Made by a program: the position numbers and the translations under genes
Source: Phoronis australis
Lineage: Eukaryota > Animalia > Phoronida
DNA: 64,000 bases
Direction: 5' to 3'
NCBI GenBank assembly: GCA_002633005.1
Contig: NMRA01000380.1
Span: 1-64,000 of the forward strand
Shown: piece by piece, positions 24,450 to 35,900 of the stretch
Position numbering within the stretch: position 1 is the first letter of the stretch
How the letters are laid out: each line of letters begins with the position of its first letter
Notes under the pieces: generated by a model
The model's database searches: none
Told to the model about the DNA's origin: nothing
What the model saw: the letters and a program-made list of their open reading frames with translations, nothing else

Positions 24450-26160
24450 ATAACTATCGTAAACACGTCTTCCAATGTTCCTTGTTTACGGACACTTCTT
24501 ATTAACATACATTTACATGTATCAGGATCACTTTTACTTTATGACGAAACGAGTTTATTTCTAAACTTTTCTGGAAAGTTCCACACTGTAAGCTAAGTAT
24601 TGAGCTATCCACAGTACGTGTCAAAGCTACCTGATACATGTATATGTTTGCCCATTTTATCTATCAGAAATCCTTTTCTGCAAATTTCGGATAGGGATAG
24701 ATACATTTACTTGGAGCAGACAGATTTATCCTATTTTCCGTTAGAGTCGCTGCATTCGGAATTTTTACTGGCGTGATTGTATCAAATGGCACCAAAGACC
24801 CAATTCATTACAATATTTAAAGATGTATAATTTCGGATGAATGCCTGAATAAATTATCCACAGCCTTTTCTAAACCGTTGTCTTTATAGGGTGGAAATGT
24901 TATGATTCAATGAAATTATTTCCTTAATAGCTTGACTAATCATTAATATAACCTCTCGGCTTCATTTCCGTTTTTCATAGTACCATTTTTCGCATTTTGG
25001 TAACACTCTTAGTTTAAGAATTAAAATATATATTTTAATATAGTCAGTATGCGAAATAATAATTAATTATTAACTGAAATATTTATCTTTTGCTTCTGTA
25101 ATAATCATCAAGACCTGACAATGGGGTTTCTAATGACATGGCTCTTAATCGAAATCACCCCGACTTGACTAAGGTATAATTTTGCCTCCAACTTCATACA
25201 TGTAGCAGTAAGTAGTCCAAAGCAAGTTTTTCAATGGAAGTGTGCTGATAGCAGCTTCTGTCAAAATAGTAAGAAGTAAGAAAACTGCGCATGATAGCTT
25301 TAACACAGGAATTGCATCCTTCAGTTGGTGAACCAAGCTCTTCTCTCTCATGTATCATACTTGTCAACATAAACTAGACTGCCTGTTCAGTTTGAATTTC
25401 AGGCGAGAGCGTTTGTCATTATCATTTGATCGATACATGCATTGTGTAGAACAGTGAACGCATATACTTGTAAACCAATATGATAGTGACAGGACGCGAA
25501 ACTCCGGCAACTCTATAAATGATATTTGCAAAACTGCACTCTTTGCATGATGTTGTTAGAGTTCAGTTTTGGATTTCAACTCTACAAACTGTCATTGATT
25601 AGATCACGTGACCGTGTTCAAGTAAAATTTGGCTGCTGCAAAATACAGACAGGGTAATAAGGTACAATGTATTTGCCGTTGTGATGTGAAATGACTCACA
25701 TCTTTCCAGTTTCTTCACAAAGCTTTTGACAAAGTGGAAGAAGGGCAGCAAGCCCGGTGATGACGTGTGTGCCCCTCGGGTAAAGCCCAATGAGAAGAGT
25801 GGTGCCTTCAAGAGAGCAGTCTCTAGTACGATTTTCTCATAATTCATCATGTGGCAAAAGCTTTATTCAGCAATTGTAAAATGGGAACGTAAGACCAGAT
25901 TTCTGTCTCAAGCCTCGTGTTACTTTTCTTGAAACAGACCTCTTGTTTTTGCACTGTATCGTGCAGCGATAGATAAACCAGTGAGGTATGCAAATGATGA
26001 TTACTTATTAATGCATTTGGGATAATCATGAAGAACTGTCGACGTTCTTTCCAATGATATGACTCTTTATGAAATTCGGTGAAAAACGGCGGTGTTACGA
26101 AAAGTTTTCATGACAGTAAATTTCGTAGCACGTACACAAATCGGCTCTAACTGAAAGTTC
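24450..26160 (-). mobile_element. Unclassified DNA-transposon-like dispersed repeat
   Basis: Both ends (~24520-24850 and ~25980-26140) match, in reverse complement, an internally deleted copy at ~48160-48860. Confidence 0.55.
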
Positions 26161-27077
26161 CATGGCATTATCTAATCCAAAACATTACCCTGTCAGTGAG
26201 GATGATTGGCATCGTAGATGTGGTTACCTGGCTGTGAACAAAAGCTACCCTGCGTTAGCTAAGCGATTGTCCAATCCCTCAGCATTGTGTGGCGAAGTAT
26301 TTACTTTTGTGCTACACTGTTATAATAGTCTTTCGCAATAGGGCGCCTTAAATAGACCGCTCACCCACAGCAAGACCACAATAAAAGAAGCCTGTATTTC
26401 GCAAGCACGTTCACCTCAAACCGCGTCAGCATATCAGGTAGGACAATGTTTTTATTTAACATGTTGTTCACATTCACAAAAAGAGACGTGTCAGCTAGTG
26501 TGGATCTAGATTGTGTGTAGTCGTGTTAACAAAAATTAGATCGATGATTTTACCCGGATTTTTTGTACATTTCTCGCACCATAGGAGATTACAGCTATAT
26601 TCTGTGTGGAAAAGGATAGGCCGACAGTCTGCCGAACCTTTTGCTCAGATATCATTGAACAAAGCTGGTTCGCATCATGTGTAAATTGATTTCGCAATCT
26701 CTATATTTCAAAAGTCAACGCTGAATGCCGTCCGATGCCTATAAAAACATTAGAACCTGGTTGAAAAAACGCGCTTGTTTGTATTTTAAATCCGATCTGT
26801 TATGTCCTTGCACTAAGAGTGATACCTTGTGAGAACACAAAGCACTCCTTAGTGTAGAGATTTGAGGATTAGGCGTGCTTTTCAGATCTGTACTCGTGAT
26901 TAGATGACAGGGAATCTATTACGCAAGACCCTAGAAACATGTCCAAATTAGTTGGTGAACTGCGGAACGTCATCTCAGAAATGGCTGATCGGATCGATTC
27001 ACGCGGACTTTTCGCCATTGTTGTCCATGTTGAATTCTTTACCGAAGCACTTTGACATTAAAAAAAACAATAGTAAC

Positions 27078-27322
27078 CAAGAGCGCACCCAGCCGTTAAT
27101 ATGGGGTGGCTCGAATTTCTGACTATGTGGACCTTTGGCTGACAAAAAGCTGGAGGACTAAAAGAAACTGGGTACCACCTTCACTGTGCGTCTGCGCCTT
27201 TTTAGTGGACTTTTATCTCGTTTCCTCGGATTTTTGTTTCTCTGAGGTGGACCTTTCTGCCAACTTCGCCAAATGGGGGGCTCGTTCGAGCCCCCCGAGC
27301 CCCCTTCCCTGGTGCGCGCATG
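27078..27322. mobile_element. MITE with perfect 5-bp TSD GTAAC
   Basis: gtaac|CAAGAGCGCACC...GGTGCGCGCATG|gtaac. Confidence 0.8.
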
Positions 27323-28502
27323 GTAACCTGACCTTGAATAGTTGCCGAATGAAAAGACATTTCAAGTCACAGGCAATGCCTAGTCTATGCGCCACTATTA
27401 AAATTCGACACTGACCGTTCAACATAGACCCTTGAAATTTTCTGCAGTATAATACAAAAATGAAAACTAGCGGTATATTTTGTAACAATTTAGACCTAAA
27501 TTATTGCATTGATGATGTGTCTTGATTCGAAAACGGATGATTTCTATGATACTATTAATAAAACAGAATTGAATATACAGTAAGTACTCGAAAAATCGTT
27601 ATTGCAAACAACAACCAAAACAATGCTTTCTGCTTCATGAATGGCAGAAACAACGCCTGTGAAAACAACTAGAATCTGCATTTGTTTTATTAACGTCAAG
27701 GGAACGGCCAATCATTACACAGAAGGTACAATGTATTTCTCATAATCAAGCCTCAAAGGGCTAAACCGATAACGCCATCTTGAGGCTAGGTGACGAGGCT
27801 TACCATAATTTTCCGATAATTTCGACTTCTGTGGCGACTCCTAATGACAGTTTTGTTTAATTTTTTGTGCCCATAGTTGTATCTCCTAAACCCACTGCAG
27901 TATTATTGTTAAATTTAGCAAGTGCATTTATATGAAGTTGACAACGGATGACGACGACTTTCAGACGAATCCGACAAACACTGTGACCCCTAGGGGCAAT
28001 TTCATTTTTTCCGTTTTTCTCTGTTTCTCGAAAGCTCCTTGATGGATTTTTATGAAATTTGGAAAAAATGTTTCTATTGAAGAAATGATGAGGCGTTCCC
28101 GTTTTTGAATGAATTTGACGCATTTTGCGCCATCCAGTGGTCATTTTATGATACAACACACACACACACCTAGAAGCACACATTTACGGTGCATTCGTGC
28201 ATTCCAGTGCGCATTTCAGTGCTCTGCGTTGCCCAAGTTGCTCTCCTTGGTTTTGTTTCAATCAGTGAAACAGTTGTTCAATACACGGACATGTATACAA
28301 TAAAGGAATTACTTGGGGTACAGTACAACCCAAAAGCATTCGACAAAATGACCTGGAATTCCCATCACGACTGCTGGGTGCAAGCTAAATTCACAGCTGG
28401 AGCTAAATATAGGGTAGTCTACCGTCATGACCGAGAGTGTGTGTGAACAAGAAAATAAATAAAATGTAGAAGCCATTCTGCAATTAAAATTTTGTCGCTC
28501 TT

Positions 28503-28682
28503 GTACATATAGATTATTACATAGCGAAGTCGTTATCCCCTGTTATCTAGAGCCCGAGTGGATTGTGGAGAATTATCGCACGAGGGGCGTTAGCCCCCAG
28601 GGTGATAATTCTACAAAATCCACGAGGGCTCTAGATAAGGGGTATAACGACTGAGAACGTAATAAGCTATTAATACATGTAC
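28503..28682. repeat. Long imperfect palindrome (foldback element)
   Basis: GTCGTTATCCCC..TTATCTAGAGCCC.AGTGGATT..GAATTATC / GATAATTC..AATCCACGAGGGCTCTAGATAAGGGGTATAACGAC. Confidence 0.85.
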
Positions 28683-29364
28683 CACATACTGAACGAGAAA
28701 CATTGCAATGAATCGATCTACCTTTCTCGAATCGCCTCGGCTTTGTAACTACTTTCTATGTCAGAGGCCCGGGGTCGGAGGTCGTGATCTTTTAAGAAAA
28801 GCCGAGATATTTTTGTAAATTAATGCTTTTACTCAAAACCAATTGAAAAATAAAACAAATTAGAAATAAAATGAATCTATAAATTAAGGTTTAGCAACTG
28901 TTATAACTTACTACACATTTTATTACCTAAGCTTCGACCGGGAATATATCGTCTTCTAAAGTACATGTAGGTTACCACTAGTAACTGACTATAATGCTCA
29001 AGTCAAAGGATCCCGACCACACGACACCTGCCTCCCGTTCAGTAACGCTAGGACCTCGCTAAAAAGCAAGACTTCGGGAGATTACGTGAGATATTGCCGT
29101 GTATTTTTAAATAAGAACACGTGACTTTGACTATGTTTTAGCTAGGTCCTAGCCTAGGTCCTAGCGTCTACTGAACGCACGCCTGCATTCAAATTGGAGA
29201 TCGGTGATTTACAAGTGAGAGAACACGAGAGAAAAATTTCACTGAATTAAAATATCGTTTTTATGGAAATTATGCGTATAATTGTCGGTGCAATGCCCTT
29301 TGCTGAATATGCGATTGTTACGCGTGCTTATTTAAGTATTCTATTTTCACCTTCGATGACGTCA

Positions 29365-29436
29365 GCCGCTGAGTGGTGTAGTGGTAAAGTCGGCGACTCT
29401 CAACTGTTGAGGCCCCTGTTCAAACCCGGCAGCGGT
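29365..29436 (+). other. tRNA-like sequence (pseudo-tRNA or SINE head) upstream of gene B
   Basis: GCCGCTG...CAGCGGT stem, TGGTGTAGTGGT A-box, GTTCAAACCC B-box; D, anticodon and T stems imperfect. Confidence 0.5.
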
Positions 29437-29697
29437 TTCCCGCCAAAATGTTATCTCACTAGTGAGATAACTTTATGGGTTATTACACGGTTGTATCTGC
29501 CATTCGAAGCTCATATTGTAGTAAAAATGTAATTATTACCAATAATTTTTGCCGCTATCAGATTTAGATATTTTGCTTCTGCCTTCTACTATTCTGCAGA
29601 TTTCTCGACTACCGAATCGTATAGCTTGATCGATCACCAAACTGGGACTAACTGCTGTCTTGTAGCTACCACACCTCCCCTGGTCCTGCCTATCAAG

Positions 29698-29898
29698 ATG
29701 ATGACTAGGCTGCTGTGTCTCTTTCTCTCGTTGACACTGGTCACTGGATACAAGTTTTATCAAGATGAAGTTCCTAACGGTGATCGCGTACCCCACCCCT
29801 GTAAAGCCAATTACCTGTGGCCGGGCCTAGGACATAGGAATGAACTCGGAGGCGGATCCAGAAACCCATTCGGACTAGATTTTGCTGCAGCTGGTCGT
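29698..29898 (+). CDS. Gene B exon 1 (signal peptide + temptin N-part)
   Basis: MMTRLLCLFLSLTLVTGYKFYQDEVPNGDRVPHPCKANYLWPGLGH...FGLDFAAAGR|gtaagt. Confidence 0.9.
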
Positions 29899-32870
29899 GT
29901 AAGTTAGTCTCTCTGTTGCTCATTTATTTGTTGTACAATCAATTCGTGCAAGGTATTGCGAAATCTGTCACGCCCTTATGAGTGATATCGGATTTGTACT
30001 TGACATCGACCAGAACGTGTGGAAACGTAGAGATATTGTAATTATTTCATGTCCTTTTGCACTGAATTTAGAAATTCTAAATTTTCCGAGATTTCGTAAA
30101 ATAACAGCTTCAGGGTAACGATGAATAATTTTGGCAGTTCACAAAAATTGTCGATAATTCGTTTTAACGGAATAGTACATGATTTCCATGAGTGCGTGTT
30201 TTATGTTTTAACGCATAAACCATGCGTTCGCCTAAAACATCACGTGTCTCATTTACTGCTTAAGGAAATACGAAAGGCCAATTTTACCTATTTGGTCGCT
30301 TAATCAAAGCAATATCATATAGTTTTGAAACATGGAGTAACTTTTCTTCCCTTGCAAAACTCAACGCAAGCATTAAAAATGCCTATCACAGATTTTATGT
30401 TGTTGTTTTTTTCACACTCCTCTTTCAGCCTTTTTTGCCGTGTTGATGATTGCTAGTTACACATGTCTCCGCTTGGAAGCACTACTTGTTCGTCAGAGTA
30501 ATGAATCTGTAATGCATTGTCATGCGGCAATCAATGAAGACCGAGGGATTTTGCGACAAATGAAACAGGGGTGTTGCCAGTGACACAAGAAAAGTCTTAC
30601 ATAATAATAGAGATAAAACAATGCAACTACAAGATATACTTTATCCGCTTTACTTCCGAATAGGTTAATCTTGCGAATCTGAACTTTGAGAGCACATTTG
30701 TGTAATTTTTGTGTCAAGAGAAGTCAGACAAGACGTCTGATTAACAGGCAGATCAGCATCTACACGCGATTACAAGACATGGTATCTGCCGTCTTAAAAG
30801 TCATTGGTACAGCAAAAGGCCACAACCCTAGCCAATCACACACGATTACCTTGAGCGAACAGAGCATTGCCACAAATCAGGTTCGACTGTCTCGCGACGA
30901 CAACATTCTAGCCAAAGGAACGTTTTCCATTGAAAATTTTTGGCTAAATCTTGCACCTCGTATATAATGGTTTCTGATTTTCTAAGTTTTTGTATGGAGT
31001 AATTGTTTCAAGGACGGTTTTAGTCAATAGTTTTCAAACTAAATCAGACAGTATCAAACTTGTATAAACTTTTTTGCCAGAATTATTTGGAAGTTCACTG
31101 GAACCTTTGTCGCAAGAAATCGAAATTTTGTCGAATCATAATGTGGCATGTTTGCGTCTTGCCGCTAATTGTTAATGTACTGTACTAATGCAGTAAGTTG
31201 TCGTCAATTTTGCAACTAGGATGGAGATTTTGTCGAAGTTTAGCCAGAATTGGTACGGATACTAGTCAAACATTAGAAATGGTATTTAATTGGGTTTTTT
31301 GCACCAACACCTTCTGTCAAGTTTTGACGTTGTCCAGCCTATTTTGACCTTGTCCAGCCTGTTTTGAAAATTTCGGTGGATCGACTAGCTCAGGTTGACA
31401 GGTAAAATTTGTTATCGAAGTTTGCACGTTGTAGAAATGGACAAAAGAGTTATGCAACAAGGACAGTGATGGCGACGGAAAAACTAACGGAGCAGAGCTG
31501 GGTGATCCCGATTGTATATGGACTACAGGTAAACTCAGGTTGATTGAAAAACACTTTTTGCTGAGCAAATTTTACATAACACTAACTTCGCTACTTAAAA
31601 CGTAGAAGACTTAAATTCATTTCCTTGGTGCTCGTCCATTGTTTGTCAAGGTTGGAAATGACCCCCTCTCAATATTATTTATTGTCAGATGACCTGACAC
31701 TCATGCATGTGTATAGTTCGCAGTGTTCATCTTTACGTTACATGGACAGTTGAAGTAGTCTGGGCGTTCAGGGTCGTCATAACTCGATTACATGTAGTTG
31801 GAGTCACGTGATCATGTCTGTTTAGTAAAAGTTAGCAAAACGAAAGGTACTTTACATACATGTAGATAGCAAAATAACTATCAATAATGTGCCTAAATTT
31901 CATTTGACATAAATGGTCAAGATTGAAATCTCAAAAATGCTGTTGCAACTTTTGAAATTCGTCTTCGTTTTATGCTACTTTAATTTTTTCATGGACATCG
32001 TAAAAGTTCTGGTTTTGGTAACACTCTCATGCAAAAATGGATCAATTCCTGAATGTGAGGAGAACAGAACATAAAGCTTGAGACAAGTATATGTTTTCCC
32101 GGATAAAGCATAGTAAGATCATGTGACTGTGAATCCGATGAGCCATTTCTGAGACATGATGGTCCGAAGTTCGCCAAATTCGGTCATGTCTATAGGGCAT
32201 TACACGAGCTTAACAAAAAATGTGTAGGCAATTGCGTTATTTGCTTTTTTTGCCTTTGGTGCAGCTCAAATTCAAAATTTTTCAGCGAACGTTTCGATGA
32301 ATATATAATAATCAACTGAAGTGGGTTTTGATTAGTAGAAATCGCCGATCAGTCTAGTGCTAGCATGTATTGTGGAAACTGTTCATGTTTGAATACCTTA
32401 TGAGGCTCATTTTTAGGAAAAACTCCAGCTAATGCGGACGGAATTTCACATCCGGGTGTCTGTGAACCAGTGGGCTCCGCGAAATGCAACGCTACAAACG
32501 ACTGGGACTTCTGCAACCTGGAGCAATTTACTTGCAACGCAACTAAAGAACCAGGTCTGTCATTTAGGGTGTAACCTTTCTACATCAAATTCTTTTAAAA
32601 AATCAATTTTATGTTGCCATTTATTGTTAAAAATTTCCCGCAGTTCGTTGCTTGCTAAGTATAAATGGTTCCTGAAGAAAAATTAAAGCAGAGTCTGACA
32701 TTCCTCGCAAAAATCGTAATTTCATAGAAGATGTCGGGTTTGCTGTAGTTCAGTGGTAATAGCTCTAGACCGGCAATCTAGCGACCTGAGGTTCGATTCC
32801 CAGTTGGGTTTCTTGATTTTTCTGTGTTTATTTGATACACGTCATTACTGACCAACCTCATCATATATTA

Positions 32871-32910
<40 letters not shown>

Positions 32911-35900
32911 TACTATAGAAAATTATTAGGATTTCGAGATATATATATATATATATATATATAAAGTACTATAGAAAATTATTAGGATTTCGAAGATATT
33001 TCAACACACAGTTAGCTTTTGTTATTTGTCTAGCTTCTGCAACGTTTTGGTTTGCCTAAATTACGCAGAGTCATTTGAAGTGACATTATTGGAGACAAGC
33101 GTTTTCTTAGAACATCCTACTCACAGAATCGAACCTGGAGCTCTGAGGTCGTTGTAAAACGCTCTACTAGCGGCGCTAATTCCAACTTGACAAATGGCGG
33201 AGTGATTTTAAGCGAGTGTAAGTGGTAACGCACCCGGCACTTGATTTCGTGTATGGCATAAAACGGCAAGAATTGGCGATTTGTAATGAAATCACAACAA
33301 CAACAGATTGATTTCGTTCGTTTATAGCACTGGTAGAAGCAAATGACCTCAAGAAATCTGTCATGCGTTTTCAGCCGTGAAACCGAGACTTGTAAGCTGC
33401 GTTTCTCTGCAAAAAATACATATATTAGCATATGCCAGTGCTCGCCGACAGAGCGGCCTACAACGTGTACTTCTCCACGCACAAACAATAAATTAAATAT
33501 GCATTTACATTAATCTATGAAAATAAGATGTGCGTAGCGCAAAATTAAGATCCATTTGAACCTTTTCAGACGTCACAACCTTGACTTTACGAATCGACGA
33601 GACGTCGGTTCCCCCTAAAGAGACTACTTACATCTGCCAACATTTCGTCATGCCGACGGACAAGGACTACCATGTGATTGCGTCAAAGCCTGAAATTAGC
33701 AACGAAGTCGTCATGCATCATATTTTGCTTTTTGGCTGTGACTCGGGTAACTTCAGATACTCTGGCACATATTGAATATGTATTGTAGTATAAATGTACA
33801 TTTATGGCCTTTTTCGCAACACAATGTTCGTCAAAATTCACAAAACTTTGATAGTATGCAAAGTGCACTAGCACTGTGAGGCCACTCACAATGTCCTGAC
33901 TTCTAGATACAAGAACCACACTAGATATACTGTGTTGACGCGTTATTAGGCCCATGAGCGTCTGTGCGAAACACTAAGTTATATGCGAAACTAAGACGCA
34001 TGGGAAAATATACAAACTACGTGAGTAAAAAGGCTCCCTGGTCTAAAGGCGAGGCAATACGGTAATCCACTCCATAAATATAATTACCAAATTTCTTGAA
34101 AATACGCATTGGAGAACGAGACATTCTACGTGGCTGTAGCTTACCATCTCTGATTGACCTTGCTGTCTGGTGATGATGTCATCGGACACGTTGAACTTCC
34201 ATTTATAGAATGGATGCTAGCTTACAGCGGTTCTAGGCAAACAGGTTTGTTCTTCAAGTATAAGACAACACTAATAATGGTTTTGAGAATATTAAAGTTT
34301 GGGAGTACACAGTACCTTCAGGTAGTCGTCTACTTTCGTGAGGTGCTCCTCTATTTCTTCAAACACCTTTATATAAGGATTGTTGACCCATGAAATGCAT
34401 GTTAAGTAAGACCTTCAGTGAGTTATGTTAAAGGTCATTACATCCATTATAAACAAAAGATATTTTGAACATTCATATCTAAAGCTACTATGTTTTGCGG
34501 ATTACTTTGTGTTCGAACATTTTCTGTACTGCACTTCCGCCTGGATGTTTTTCTTGCTTGTCATGTCTCTTTTTACAACAATTTCGGCCCAAGTCTTCGT
34601 TTTGGCCTCTCTTTTAATAACGTCCACGCTTCGAAGAAGAATCTACACGTATTTTAAACTGCTCAAGACCTGGTACGAAGGATGATCATTTCTTGTTTTA
34701 TCGGGCTTCTGGTTAGTTCCCAGTCGATTCCTTTGCCACCTAACTTTAATGAACGCAACTTTTGAACGTCTAAGCTAATAGACAATACTGCTCTGATCGG
34801 GATATTTATAAAAGATCAAACAGTGGCACTGAGTCGAGCATTCCCGTAACAACAAGTTTCGTTGCATTGACCATCGTCCTTTAATTTGCTGCATATGGTA
34901 ATGTCTCGGTTATTTAGAATCCACTTAAGTCGTTTTTTCAGTTGTTGTCAGTAAACGTACTGTTCGTGATTCTTAAAAACTCCCTGGTTATGTGGTCACC
35001 ATTGCATTTAGGGTTAGTTCGCAGGCGCTGCTCAGACGGTGGTCCTGCAAAATCCCCGCGTTGGCCGTCTGGCGATCAGGGCCCGGTCTCCAATCTTTTT
35101 ACTCGAAATGGAACTCGAAATTAGGTTTGCATTTTCTACTCTACTTTTGGGCGAACTCAAGATAAGTATCTATTATTCTATGCTCGAGTACACAATAACT
35201 TACGTAGATAATTTATTGCCCTTAGTTCACAGTTTATAAACCCAATATTAGAGCAATAAGTTCGAGTTTGAACTCGAAATTTCGAGTTTTTACTCGAGTT
35301 TGTAGCACGAATATAGGGGTCTTCAAGGGCAAACTTGAACTAGAAACTCCTATGCATAAACGATAATGCATTCGAGCACAGTCTGATAACCAATTATCTT
35401 AAGTTCGCACAAAAGGAGCAGAGAAATTGCCAAAATTAGTTTCGAATTCTTTTCGAGTACAAAGATTAGAGACCGGGCCCAGGTAGGTCAACTTACACAA
35501 GTACACACTAATGATTTCGTTTCGCTGAATTCGTTTGCCATTTTTCTCCCCTCACAGGCACCAGAGTTCTCATGGCCGGATTCATGATTTTGAATTAGGA
35601 GGGGGGCACGGCAGAGTATTAGCCAGGATTTTGCCTGTCGGACATTGGCACTCCCGAACTGAATTTTAGGGGGGCATGGCCCCCTTGACCCCTATCTAAA
35701 TCCGCCACTGGTTATTTCCTCTCGTGCCGTTAAATGACAGTATCCACACATACATGTGCATACATTCAAAGTGCGTGCTATTCTACTAAGAGAAATCAAA
35801 AGATTTTATACAGCGCGGCACACCTACTACATGTACTCTCAGATATACATGTACGCAGCAAATGACACCGATTCATTCGCATTATGTTCTTGTATTTCAA

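Noticed and set aside
26705-26790. Possible diverged gene A exon 10 (VNAECRP...)
   Set aside because: Only faint resemblance, no good acceptor, early stop and no hydrophobic tail
32740-32810. Genuine tRNA-Ala(GGC) gene
   Set aside because: D, T and acceptor stems pair poorly and a GGC anticodon is atypical in eukaryotes; treated as a SINE head
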